From: an uncultured virus (IMG/VR IMGVR_UViG_3300031836_000398) | Taxonomy: Duplodnaviria; Heunggongvirae; Uroviricota; Caudoviricetes; Herelleviridae | Virus record (IMG/VR): IMGVR_UViG_3300031836_000398 | Direction: 5' to 3' (one strand) | DNA length: 64,000 bases | Part shown: positions 30,999 through 40,999 of the stretch, one piece after another | Numbering within the stretch: the stretch's first letter is position 1 | How the letters are laid out: every line of letters starts with the position of its first letter | The notes under the pieces: generated by a model | What the model saw: only the letters and a program-made list of their open reading frames with translations | What the model was told of the DNA's origin: nothing | Database searches by the model: none | Made by a program: the position numbers and the translations under genes

Positions 30999-31672
30999 GG
31001 GGTCTCCGTTTCGTTGGGCGTAGCGCCGTCGCTGAGATCGACCTCGACGGTGTCGCCGGTCTCGGAGTCAGTGACGGTGAACACGCAGGCGTCATCCGGG
31101 CCGACCGTGCTGCGACCGAACTGGTCGCGCCAGACGGTCTAAGCTGCCTCAAGAGGCGTCGCTGAGTCGTCGGTGTCGTCGATCTCCCAGGAAATCTTCC
31201 AGGGGCCATCACGCTTTGTCGTCGGGGTGAGAACCTCGGACTCATTGACGACGCCTCGGATGAGATCAGCCACGCTGTGGGTGAGTTCATTGAGCTTGTC
31301 GTCGTCCTCGTCGCCTTCGGCGTTCCAGCCGAAGCACTCAGCTAGGAGCCCGGTGAGGTGGCCGTTGATGAGGACGCGAGCTTCTGAGTCCTCGACGCCA
31401 CCAATGCGGTCTTCGTTGTCGGATGACAAGAACCAGACAGCCTCGGTCTCCTGAGTCCAGGATTCCTCTGTGAGCATGTAACCCAGGCGGTTGACGAAGT
31501 GCCAACCGGTCTGGAGGTATACATTTCCGTCGATGTCCAGAACAGTCCAGAGCTGCTTGGAGTCACGATCTCCGAGGTACTCGCCGGGGCGAACCTGCTC
31601 GCCAGAAGCGCTAACGATGGGTGTGTACTGAGCGTCGAATTCGTCTTCGGTCAGTGAGATTATTTTGTCCAT
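30995..31672 (-). pseudogene. hypothetical protein interrupted by an in-frame TAG at 31139-31141
   Basis: Frame stays open for 47 more codons (TVWRDQFGR...DDACVFTV...VDLS) to a TGA overlapping the next start. Confidence 0.6.
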
Positions 31673-31720
31673 GGTGCCGAAGCACCTCCTTGTCGAGTTG
31701 GGTGAAGTTGGGTGTGAGGG

Positions 31721-32086
31721 CTAGAGCCCTGAGAGGGCATCGCCGCGGTGGACGTCGCCCTCGGTGTAGGTGAAGGTCTCGCCGGTGTTCCGGTTGAAGA
31801 CCACGTAGTGGTACGACGCCTCGTAGAAACGGATGTACCAGTTGGCTTTGTCGAGAGCGCCGTAGAGCGTCTTGTCGCCGCCGGAACCGGCAAAGAACGC
31901 AGTGTCGTTGGTGAACTGACGCTCGCCGTTGCGGTTGGTCTCTGCGGTGATGCTGTCGTAGGTCGGATCGGTGAGAATCGCACGCACAGCGTCGAATGTC
32001 TCGGGCTTCTCGGCAGCAATGCGCGCGAGCTGGTGGTCAATCTGAGCCCAGAACCCTTGGGGTGCTGAGAGTGTGGGTGAAGCCAT
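31721..32086 (-). CDS. hypothetical protein
   Basis: AAAGGA RBS. Confidence 0.65.
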   Translation of the reverse strand: MASPTLSAPQGFWAQIDHQLARIAAEKPETFDAVRAILTDPTYDSITAETNRNGERQFTNDTAFFAGSGGDKTLYGALDKANWYIRFYEASYHYVVFNRNTGETFTYTEGDVHRGDALSGL

Positions 32087-32130
32087 AATGTGCAACATCC
32101 TTTCGGGAAGTTGTTGGTGGGTTGGGGTGG

Positions 32131-32625
32131 TTACCAGCTGACGAGGCTGATTGTGGCGTCAGCAGGAACGAGTTCCTTAGCTGCGTCGTAAATGCTGTTG
32201 AGGTTGATCGTGCGGGTCTCGCCGGAGGCGTTGACTGCTACAGCGATGCCATTCAGCTCGCGCATCTTCTCGAAGCCAACCTCCATGAAGACCGCTAGAT
32301 CGTGGTCGACCAGATGGGTCGCAACCAGGCTGACCAGGTCGGCGTGCTCGGCGGGAACCGGTACATCGTCGTGGTCACCGTCATCGAGACCGAGACGGCA
32401 CGCTGTTGCGTCTTCGTCAAGCGAAGGCCAGCCGTCAAAGCCGAACAGAGCAATCGAGCCATACGGGTTGTTGCCAACGCTGTCGTCAATGACGAACTCA
32501 ACGCCGCGAGGGTCTTCGTCCCAGTTGGCAGGATTGATGCCGTATTTCTGGAGGTCGAGCTTGAGAGCGTCGAGATCCTTGACACGGAAGTAGTTGGTGC
32601 GGGCGCGAACGATGTATGAGGGCAT
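32131..32625 (-). CDS. hypothetical phage/plasmid protein
   Basis: AGGAG RBS; ARTNYFRVKD and MEVGFEKMR motifs. Confidence 0.7.
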   Translation of the reverse strand: MPSYIVRARTNYFRVKDLDALKLDLQKYGINPANWDEDPRGVEFVIDDSVGNNPYGSIALFGFDGWPSLDEDATACRLGLDDGDHDDVPVPAEHADLVSLVATHLVDHDLAVFMEVGFEKMRELNGIAVAVNASGETRTINLNSIYDAAKELVPADATISLVSW

Positions 32626-32742
32626 GGGGTACTCCTGGTGTCTGCGCTGAGGCGCGATGGTTGATTTGAGGTGTGGGCACACAACAAAGGGCGACGAGCC
32701 AGATGGGTTCATCCAGATCGCCGCCCCTGTTGGGTGGTGGTG

Positions 32743-35700
32743 CTATGCCGAGACGAGATCCTCAGGCGTTTTCTCCTGGGTCGTTTCGACGGGTGTTGTT
32801 GTGAGCTCTGTTGAGGCAGAGCCGACGGTGTTCATCCAGTTGCCGTTGAACGATTCGGCAAGCATCTGGTTGTAGATCTCAAGATCCAGGTTTCCCAGCA
32901 GCTCAACCAGCCGTTCTTCCGAGAAGCAGTGCAGATCATCGTTGATGATCAACACCGGCCACAGAGGGTCGATGCCGGAGAGCTTGCGCAGAGCAAGATC
33001 CTTGTCGGTCGGCAGCAGGGTGAAACCACCCTGTTCGACTTGCTTTTCGGAACGTGTGAGCCCCTGGGCGAGAAGAATCTTGCGAGCAACCCCGGTTTCG
33101 TCGTCGATAGTCGCCGACATGGTGGGGGTGTTCGCTCGTTTCAACTTTGATGCCGCGGTGATTGCGTAGGCGCCGGCAACTCGAATGTTGACTGCCCCAG
33201 GCGTTCCTGGCTTCACAATGAACATGCGGTTGTAGTGCTGAAGCGATCGAGGGTTCTTGAGAACTTCAGGGTCGTCACCTTCCACCCACGCGTCGGACGC
33301 GAAGGGGTAAGTGATTGATCCGGAGCTTGCTGCGATCACGTTCTGAAAGAGCTGCGCTGCGTGGACAGGTGTGTCATTGGTTATGACGCCTGCCAAGATC
33401 TCCATGCCGACTACTTGATCTAACGGTTCAGACAGCGAAAGCGGGATGGTGCGGTGCTTGGGCTGATACTCGCCGATGATCGACTTGAGATACTGCGCGA
33501 GTCCGAAGTCCAGAGCTGCCGGGTGGGCCAGGCTCTTTGTCGGATGCGGCCCTTCATGACAGGACAGCGATCCACCGGAGGCCGAAATGATCTCGGTTTC
33601 CCACTTTCGGTTCGGATCTTCAGGCAGCTCGAGCTCCAATCGGTTGTTCGAGTCTTTGCTCACCAGAAGCAGTGGCTCAGGCTCGATGTCAACGTGGATG
33701 GCTGCAGCTTGCTCAGCCAGTACACGGTTGTTGATCTCTTCATCCAGTACCGAGTAGAGACCGTCGGTGTTGGTGGAGATGATCCGTGCGCCGACTAGCG
33801 TCTGGGCCTGGCCGATTCGCCACGAGAAGAGTTGACCGATGATTCTCATCGAGATGATCTTGTTGTTCATCCGAATCGAGTTCTTGAAGGTCGTGTCTCC
33901 AGCGCCGGAAGCGGTGTTGAGAATCAACTTCGTTCCGTTTCGTAGAGCGCTCAAACGTGTCTTCTCGTCCTCGGTGATGCCCGGGGCTTTCATCTGGTCG
34001 CCATAGCGCTCCTTGTCGAAGAAGATCTTCGCGTAGCGATCTTCGCCCAACTCTTCGTTATGGAAGGCGCTCATGTTTCGGAGCATGTTGGGGTAGTAAC
34101 TCGTGAAGTCTTCGTGAGTTGCTTGAGCGGCCGAGGTGAAGGTGTACTTCGTGTTCAGTTTGTTGGCACCGTCACTCTTCTGGACGAAGAGTTCGGGTGT
34201 CTTTTTCTGAGGCTCGGTGCGGTAGGCAGCGCTTTTGACGGTGATGTTGGACAACACCTTGCGGTAGTCGATGACTCGACCATTGGGCAGGGTGAGGATG
34301 TGCGGGTGATCGCTGAGGCACGCCAAGAGATCAGCCGGATCTGGGTAGTGGATCTGAGATTGAAGGCTCAGGATCTCTATCTCGGGTGCGGTGTTCTTGG
34401 TGATCTTGCGGTAGCGCACGGTTTCCGCCGTGCTGCCCAGCAGAACATCTTTGGTATTGATCTCAATGCCGTTAGGCAAGGTGACCAGAGCCGCGCGGCG
34501 CTTAGCCTCGGTGACCAGATCAGAAGCAACGGGGTATGCCAGTTGGGCTTCCAGAATGGCAATCTGGGCGTCCCGATATTCGACGAGGTCGAATTGGTAA
34601 CTGTCGATGTTGGCTTCAGCTCCGTGGATACCTCCCGTTGAGAACGTTGCAAAGCAGCTGGTGGGTTTACCGTCTGCCGCGAAGTACGGCAGGTTGTTGG
34701 ACACCTTGGTGACATCCGCTAGGAACGCCACTTCCCCTTGCTTCGGGAATACCTTCTTGTACTCGTCTGAGTCGTTGAAGTTCTTGCCTTCGATCCGCTT
34801 GTAGTAGTGGTAAATGTCCATGAACTGAGCGCGAGCGCCCGGGTCACTGACGGACTCGAGGAAGAAGTCTTTCGACGCCTCCAAGACGTTCACCTGGGGA
34901 ATACCCCGATCTCTCGCGACCGACTCCGAGGGATAGTCAAAACTGACCGTCTCGATGTCATCCAAGTTGCCGTACGGGCACAAGATCAATGCCACAAACT
35001 TTGCCGAGGTGGAGTCAGGGCTTAGCCGGCCATTGCGACGCACACGATGTGGCTGAACGTCTGGTGCATAGGCACCAGGCTTCTTGTCGTAGATGGTCTC
35101 GGGGTACTCATCGAGCAGAGCCTTCTTGAGATCAAATGCGTTGGCATACGTCGAGTGCTGGAACAGCTTTTCCAGACCGACGACGTCAGAGACGTTGTAG
35201 GCCAGCAAGTCCATGAAATCCTCCATCGTGGAGATGGACGCGTTGTGGCCGCCCAGCTTGTCCGATTCGAGAATCTGACGACCGAGCATTCCCAGCAGAC
35301 GCTTGATGGCTACTCGTTGCTGCGCTTCGTTGAAGCGAGCGATGTCGATGTGTCGACCTGAGTTCATCATGGCGTTGCGGATCTTGTTCGGCGGTGAGTT
35401 CCAGCCGTCGGTGCCAGCGACTGAGCCTTTGGTGAGGTAGCGCGGCATGTAGGTGCGGAACTCGTTGCTGAATAGCTGGTCGTTGTGCGCTCTCATCGTG
35501 GTTGCGCTGACGGGGGCCCAGTTGCTGGTCTTAGTCGGATCCATCGCTTCCATGAGGTACAGCGAAAGCATGACGGTGTCATAGTTGGCCGAGTTGTAGC
35601 CAGCAAGGTAGGGATGCTTGTTCAGCAGGTCGTACCCGGGATCGGTGTCGCATACCAGGCGAAACTTCTGTGGGTAATCCGACTCTGCTCGTGGGTTGTT

Positions 35701-36051
35701 GACCAGGTCGGCGTTTGACAGCCCGAAGATGGTCGCCAAGCGCTCGTTGGCCGAGTAGGTCGCGAGGTTCCACGTCGTGATCTCGGACTTGCCTGGCGTC
35801 TGAACCCATGCCGGGTTCTTCTTGGCGATGCGTTGCTGCATCGCTGTTGAATCAAAGGCAGGGTCAGCCAGTGTGTTGGCTAGAGCAAGGCTCTGACCTT
35901 CGGCGTCGACGAGATAAAATACCTCGATCTCGTTGGTGTGTGGGCTGAAGGTGGCCAGCGTGAAGACGTTGTTGAGCGACTCGATGTCGTAGAACGTGAA
36001 CAGCGCGTTGTGCGATGTGATGGGTGTTTTTGGCGTGCTGGTTGTTGACAT
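32743..36051 (-). CDS. divergent family-B-like DNA polymerase with 3'-5' exonuclease
   Basis: Exo FYDIES, GYNSANYD, YNVSDV; polymerase DFTSYYPN (A), KLILNTASG (B), NTDG (C). Confidence 0.8.
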   Translation of the reverse strand: MSTTSTPKTPITSHNALFTFYDIESLNNVFTLATFSPHTNEIEVFYLVDAEGQSLALANTLADPAFDSTAMQQRIAKKNPAWVQTPGKSEITTWNLATYSANERLATIFGLSNADLVNNPRAESDYPQKFRLVCDTDPGYDLLNKHPYLAGYNSANYDTVMLSLYLMEAMDPTKTSNWAPVSATTMRAHNDQLFSNEFRTYMPRYLTKGSVAGTDGWNSPPNKIRNAMMNSGRHIDIARFNEAQQRVAIKRLLGMLGRQILESDKLGGHNASISTMEDFMDLLAYNVSDVVGLEKLFQHSTYANAFDLKKALLDEYPETIYDKKPGAYAPDVQPHRVRRNGRLSPDSTSAKFVALILCPYGNLDDIETVSFDYPSESVARDRGIPQVNVLEASKDFFLESVSDPGARAQFMDIYHYYKRIEGKNFNDSDEYKKVFPKQGEVAFLADVTKVSNNLPYFAADGKPTSCFATFSTGGIHGAEANIDSYQFDLVEYRDAQIAILEAQLAYPVASDLVTEAKRRAALVTLPNGIEINTKDVLLGSTAETVRYRKITKNTAPEIEILSLQSQIHYPDPADLLACLSDHPHILTLPNGRVIDYRKVLSNITVKSAAYRTEPQKKTPELFVQKSDGANKLNTKYTFTSAAQATHEDFTSYYPNMLRNMSAFHNEELGEDRYAKIFFDKERYGDQMKAPGITEDEKTRLSALRNGTKLILNTASGAGDTTFKNSIRMNNKIISMRIIGQLFSWRIGQAQTLVGARIISTNTDGLYSVLDEEINNRVLAEQAAAIHVDIEPEPLLLVSKDSNNRLELELPEDPNRKWETEIISASGGSLSCHEGPHPTKSLAHPAALDFGLAQYLKSIIGEYQPKHRTIPLSLSEPLDQVVGMEILAGVITNDTPVHAAQLFQNVIAASSGSITYPFASDAWVEGDDPEVLKNPRSLQHYNRMFIVKPGTPGAVNIRVAGAYAITAASKLKRANTPTMSATIDDETGVARKILLAQGLTRSEKQVEQGGFTLLPTDKDLALRKLSGIDPLWPVLIINDDLHCFSEERLVELLGNLDLEIYNQMLAESFNGNWMNTVGSASTELTTTPVETTQEKTPEDLVSA

Positions 36052-36079
36052 GCTGAGTCCTTGTCTGGCAGTCGACCCG

Positions 36080-36505
36080 TTACGGGTTGGAGTTGTCTTT
36101 GTCGAAGCGGTTGAACCACTGCCAATGATTGGAATCGAGGCGCGCACCGCCCTGACGAATTCCGTCGGCGAGGTCGATGCGAGTGGTGGTGACGGCTTCG
36201 TTGAGCAGGTGGAGGTAGAGGATTACCTCGACCCACGATGTGCCGTAGCTGAAGAAGGCTTTGACGTTGTCGTCTTCATCAGCAATGCTTCCGACACCCT
36301 CGTTGTTGACGACACAACCGTTGCCGCGGTCAACGGCAAAGATCATCTGGGGCACGGGCCCTTCGCGCAGCAAAGAAGGGTCTGAATTAGGAAACTGTTT
36401 GCCGAACGGCTCACGAGCGAGCTCAAGCAATATGTCGCTGTCAAGGACGGCGGCGGTTGCCCCGGTGGGGCGGCTGGGCTGGCTGGTGGTGTGGCTGTGG
36501 TCCAT
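36080..36505 (-). CDS. hypothetical protein between helicase and polymerase
   Basis: AAGGG RBS; 141 aa; operon position. Confidence 0.55.
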   Translation of the reverse strand: MDHSHTTSQPSRPTGATAAVLDSDILLELAREPFGKQFPNSDPSLLREGPVPQMIFAVDRGNGCVVNNEGVGSIADEDDNVKAFFSYGTSWVEVILYLHLLNEAVTTTRIDLADGIRQGGARLDSNHWQWFNRFDKDNSNP

Positions 36506-36540
36506 GATTCAGACCCTTCTGTGTAGTGGTGGATGGATAG

Positions 36541-38340
36541 TTACGTGACAGGCTCTGCCGTTGGTTCTGCAGTTGGCGCGTCGGATTCATCGTCAGGATT
36601 GCTTCCGACGACCGTGGTTGGAGCGATTCGCTGCAAGCCTCGGTAGTGCGGATCCAAGGGGAACGGCACCGCTCTCTGGGAGACGGTGTTGCCGGTGTAT
36701 GCCTTGTTCATCCAGCCCTTGAGGTCGTAAGTGATGATCAATGGCTCAGGTGTCGATAGCCTGCTGCCGGGGCGAATCTGGCGGCGCGTGTCATCGCAGA
36801 ACCAGATGTTGGACTTCTTGGCAATAACGGCGACTTCCTTGATGAAACCGTTGCGACCAATAGGTGATCCCGACGGGGAGTTCAACGTGAACCAGGCTCG
36901 GTACAGGTCGTACAGAAACTGGAACGGAAGCAAGTCCCAGACGAAGTGATCCTCGAACTCGCCGAAGAACGCCCGAATCGGGTCGTTGGTCAGCTTGTAT
37001 TCCTCGAGCACATCTTTGGTGGCTTCGGGCTCTGAGAGCTCGTAGTAGTTCATGTGGAGAACACGTTGGAGCACGTATTCGAGAACATCCTGGCGACCGA
37101 GATATTCCTCCTTGATGTACTTGCGCTCAGCGCCGGTGAAGGACTTCGAGAAGGGCACGAACAGCTGTCGCCGATAGAAACTCTCGGACTTGTCCTTAGC
37201 GCGGGGATACCCGTTCAGGCACTGAACCATGAAGCCCCAGAACTGGAACGCGATCGGCGGCTTGTTCTTGCGGTTCATGGAAATGACGTCATTGGTGATG
37301 ATGGCTTTGAGGTTTGCCGCCTTGTCAATAAACGTTCCGACGTCGTTCTCATCGACGATGATTGCCGAGGCCCGAATCAGGGGCTCAAGCAAGAAATCCT
37401 TGCCAAAGTCGGGGATCTGAATGGACGCAAACGAGGACGGCCCGGTGAGTTCTCGCATGAGCTCGCACAGGGTTCCTTTACCGTTGTTTCCGGTCTCGGA
37501 GTAGAACCACGCCGCCTTTCCCCATCGCACATGGGGTCGGATGATCGCGCCGAGGATTTCCCAGAGCAATTCACCGATCTCAGGGTCGTCGGTCAGTTCG
37601 AGCATCCACGTTTCGACGTCCCACTCGGTCTTGTCGATCGGGTGGGTGATGGTGACGTTTTGTGCTTGCGAGTTGTATGCAACTTGGGACTTCGAGGTGA
37701 ACACTGTTGCCGGAGTGAAATCGCGTAGCGTCTTGGTGTGGTAATCAAAAATACCGTTCTGGACGGCAATCAAGTCGCGGTCAGTGTTGCAGTGGGCGCG
37801 AGGAGCACCGTCGGCCATGGCGGCTTGTATTTCCTTGAAGTCATTGGTTGACAGGTCGTAGTTGTAGCTACGAGCGACGGATCGAAAACTGTCCTCGCTG
37901 GTCTGATAGATACCTTTGTCAGACCCCTGGTCGCTGTAGATTCCTAGCAGGTCGTAGTCCCGGTTGGTGTTCTTTCCCGAGGGTGCAATGCGCACGACGT
38001 GGTGAAGGCGAAGCAGGATCTGGGCGACTTGGCTGCAGCTGAGTTTCTTCAGGAGGAAGATCTTGTTGTTCGTGGCTCGGCCGATGTTCTCGGCATCGAA
38101 CTCGAAGTTGACCTGGTTGATCAGGTCGGTCTCGATCGCTTCAGCCGATGGTAGGTCTGCGAGGTCAAGGTCAGCGAGATATTTCTCGGTAACCGACCGG
38201 ATGATTTTGTTCTGAGGAACAGTCAGCCCACCGGTGCCGGCGCTACTGCGAGACTTCTTCGCGGGCGTCTTTGTATCTTGTCCAGTGGTGTCAGCCGCGT
38301 CGCCGTCAGGAGTGCTAATTGAGTTTTGCGTAATAGCCAT
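36541..38340 (-). CDS. D5/P4-family SF3 helicase without its own primase domain
   Basis: D5_N-like IAVQNGIFD...FTP..FTSK; Walker A GNNGKGT; IIVDEN; RKNK; FYRR. Confidence 0.88.
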   Translation of the reverse strand: MAITQNSISTPDGDAADTTGQDTKTPAKKSRSSAGTGGLTVPQNKIIRSVTEKYLADLDLADLPSAEAIETDLINQVNFEFDAENIGRATNNKIFLLKKLSCSQVAQILLRLHHVVRIAPSGKNTNRDYDLLGIYSDQGSDKGIYQTSEDSFRSVARSYNYDLSTNDFKEIQAAMADGAPRAHCNTDRDLIAVQNGIFDYHTKTLRDFTPATVFTSKSQVAYNSQAQNVTITHPIDKTEWDVETWMLELTDDPEIGELLWEILGAIIRPHVRWGKAAWFYSETGNNGKGTLCELMRELTGPSSFASIQIPDFGKDFLLEPLIRASAIIVDENDVGTFIDKAANLKAIITNDVISMNRKNKPPIAFQFWGFMVQCLNGYPRAKDKSESFYRRQLFVPFSKSFTGAERKYIKEEYLGRQDVLEYVLQRVLHMNYYELSEPEATKDVLEEYKLTNDPIRAFFGEFEDHFVWDLLPFQFLYDLYRAWFTLNSPSGSPIGRNGFIKEVAVIAKKSNIWFCDDTRRQIRPGSRLSTPEPLIITYDLKGWMNKAYTGNTVSQRAVPFPLDPHYRGLQRIAPTTVVGSNPDDESDAPTAEPTAEPVT

Positions 38341-38855
38341 GGGTTGACCTTTCGTGTGGGAGGACTGCGTTAGTGCCGAAAAGAGTTACGTTGAAGAATC
38401 AACGAATATGCTCGTTTAACAGGCAAATAACATGAGTAAGCATATGTTCAAGTTGCTATAGGTGCAACCCATTTGAGACAGGGCAACGCAAATTTGATCG
38501 TGCTCGACTGCGAGATTGCCTTGTTTATGAGGATTTTCAGATCAAGATCACCACAACTGGGGTGACGCTTTGTCTATACCTGCACAGCAGGGATAGACGT
38601 ATCTGGGTGCGTGATCTGCAATCACGCCCCCGAGCGCGCATCGCGCGCTGTGGGCACCAGGGCACACGAAGTGTGCCCAGTGGTGACCACCGTTGAGGTC
38701 GGTAGCTGACGCTCAACCAGTGGGTTTTTTGATGAAAGCCACTGAGCAGCTGCTCAGTCGAGGGAGATTGTGATGGGCAACCCATCACGCCGCTGAGTAC
38801 AGCCGCAGCTCAACCAGGAATTCACTTGGGTTGCTCGTGCAGGGAGAGTTGCACT

Positions 38856-39302
38856 TGTACCCTTTGTACCCTTTTTCATTTTCAAGAAAGGGTACAGCCC
38901 TGAAAGGCTCTACTTCCCTGCGATTGCAGGGATCTAAAGGGGTGTGTACCCTTTTTTCTAAATTAAATTTAAAAAAAAAGGGTACACACCAAACACGCCT
39001 CTCATCAGGCATTTCCGATGCTGTGCAGTGATTTGTACCCTTTGTACCCGCTAATTACAGGTTCATGTACATGTGCGCATGCGCATGCGCACACACGCAC
39101 AGAGACCGTTCAAAAAAACGGGTACAACGGGTACAGGGGTACCAAATGGGGTCGCTCGGCCAGCGTTCACGCGGGTTTTGGCTGTACCCAATCGCTAGAT
39201 CGGAATGGGTACACGTCGCGCCGAGCTCTGCTGCTCGTTGAAGAAAATGCAGGTCAGCGATGGTTTATGAGGGTGTACCCACTTTTAGCCAAAACGGGTA
39301 CA
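38856..39302. repeat. iteron array and candidate replication origin
   Basis: 13 perfect TGTACCC/GGGTACA copies in inverted pairs, with an AT-rich palindrome at 38941-38990. Confidence 0.75.
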
Positions 39303-39513
39303 CCCGGCTTCGGGCTCCCGAATTCGCTGATTAGCACGCCAATTCCACCGCTGTGCAGGGAATTGCGGCGTTGGAACGCCGTCTGCGGCTACTGCTGTGT
39401 GGCGTTCTGCGGCCTTTTCCCGTCGCGGAGACACATCGACCGAACGCGACGAGAAAGAAACGCCCAGAGGCCGTGGTGGCCTCTGGGCGTAGTGCGGTGC
39501 ATTGACCGCGTAG

Positions 39514-39681
39514 TTAGTAGTTGTAGCTGGGCGCAATCATGACGAGCGCGAGCAGCATTCCGGCCGTGATGACCGTCATGATGAGCAAGCTGACCAGGAT
39601 GATTGCGATAACGCTTCCGCGGCGGATGGCCATTACAAGCCATACGATCAGGAAGCCGCCGATGAACGGGACGAGTGCCAT
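39514..39681 (-). CDS. small two-TM membrane protein
   Basis: 55 aa, hydrophobic; AGG RBS. Confidence 0.55.
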   Translation of the reverse strand: MALVPFIGGFLIVWLVMAIRRGSVIAIILVSLLIMTVITAGMLLALVMIAPSYNY

Positions 39682-39847
39682 TGGGTGCCTACTTTCTGTA
39701 TTTGGCTGTGCAGGATGCACGGGCGTAGCGAATAAGTGTGTGGTGTTATTGGTGCGAAACAGTGGTTTCAGCTGATATTTCAGCAAATGTTGCTGTTTGG
39801 TGTTGCGCAGTAAATCCCGAATGGGGTATTGTATGTTCTACGCGTTA

Positions 39848-40199
39848 GTGATGCGGAGTGAGGGTTCTAAAACCTCGTAAGGCCGGAGAGTTCCTGTGGG
39901 AGGGAGCTTCTCCGGTCTTTTTGCGTCTCCCTGGCAGATTTGAATATGAGCTGTCGCAGCTTCGCTGCCGATGCAGTCAAGAAGTCCACGACAGCCCATT
40001 GCGGTAACCGCAGTCTCACTCAGTGAGGCTCGGGAGTCTTTGGCAGTTTCTGGTGACGCCTCGGGTTTCACCCAAGTCATCCCATCAGAACTGTTCATCC
40101 CCACCCCCGGTGACCTGCACCAGGTCACCAAGCCAGAGTGCCCATAACCGCTGTGCTGCTCGCGTAAGCGATTCAGCACTAGCAAACTCTGTAAAACAC
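39848..40199 (+). other. large multibranched folding element (ncRNA or ssDNA structure)
   Basis: Closing stem TGCGGAGT/ACTCTGTA and many internal hairpins with + strand G.T pairs. Confidence 0.55.
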
Positions 40200-40213
40200 C
40201 TTCTCGGACGAAG

Positions 40214-40960
40214 TCACGAGAAGTCCGTCTTTTTGCCGTAGAGCTGCGCCAGCAGCAGCCCGAATAGGGCTAGGCCCGCAATGACGAACGGTAGTGATGT
40301 CAGCGACGTAATTACGCTCGCCGGCATGGTCACCGAGAGTGCATTGAAAAGAGCGTGGGCCACGATCACACTCACAAGATTCTTGGTGCGCTCATAGATG
40401 GCCGCCAAGAGCAACCCCAGGGGAAGCGTGAGCACAATCTGCACGAGATTCATGTGCAGAAGCGCGAATATCAGCGCACTGAACAGTGCAGCCCAAATGG
40501 GCGCAACGTGGTTGCGCAGCTCGGCGTAGAGCAAGCCACGCATGAGCATCTCTTCGCCCACAGGTGCAAACATCAACACGAGCAGTAGCGTCAACGACGC
40601 CGGTGTCTCGGTGATTGCCTGGACCTGTGTATCAAAGCTGGGCGAACCGACGTAGCTGTAGAGCAGCGCGGCGGTCGTTTGAGCCACAAACCAGGTCGCG
40701 GGAACTGCCGCGAAAATCAGCAACCAGATCGTCGGGTTCGTTGTGGATGACGATCGCACTGGTGGACCTTGAGAAGTGACCCTCGAGCGGATCCAGATCA
40801 GACCCGCAACGAAAACTGTTGCGTTAGCCCAGAGGGCCCCCATCACCGCGGAATTGGTGATGGAGGCCACGATGAGGGTTGTTGCTAGGTAGAGCGCGAG
40901 CGCCCCACCCATGACCATGGCCGTAGCTAGTACTCGATGGTGAGATGTGGTTGTGGCCAT
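40214..40960 (-). CDS. CPBP (CAAX/Abi) intramembrane metalloprotease
   Basis: APVGEEMLMRG, FALLH and HALFN motifs; multiple TMs. Confidence 0.9.
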   Translation of the reverse strand: MATTTSHHRVLATAMVMGGALALYLATTLIVASITNSAVMGALWANATVFVAGLIWIRSRVTSQGPPVRSSSTTNPTIWLLIFAAVPATWFVAQTTAALLYSYVGSPSFDTQVQAITETPASLTLLLVLMFAPVGEEMLMRGLLYAELRNHVAPIWAALFSALIFALLHMNLVQIVLTLPLGLLLAAIYERTKNLVSVIVAHALFNALSVTMPASVITSLTSLPFVIAGLALFGLLLAQLYGKKTDFS

Positions 40961-40999
40961 GGTTGACCCTCCTTCTGGATTGTTGTTGTTGTGCGAGAC

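Noticed and set aside
38537..39542. ORFs across the iteron region
   Set aside because: Translations simply reflect the TGTACCC repeats (LYPLYP, GYNGY).
39848..40199. RNase P RNA, tmRNA or group I intron
   Set aside because: Their conserved sequence signatures were not found by eye.
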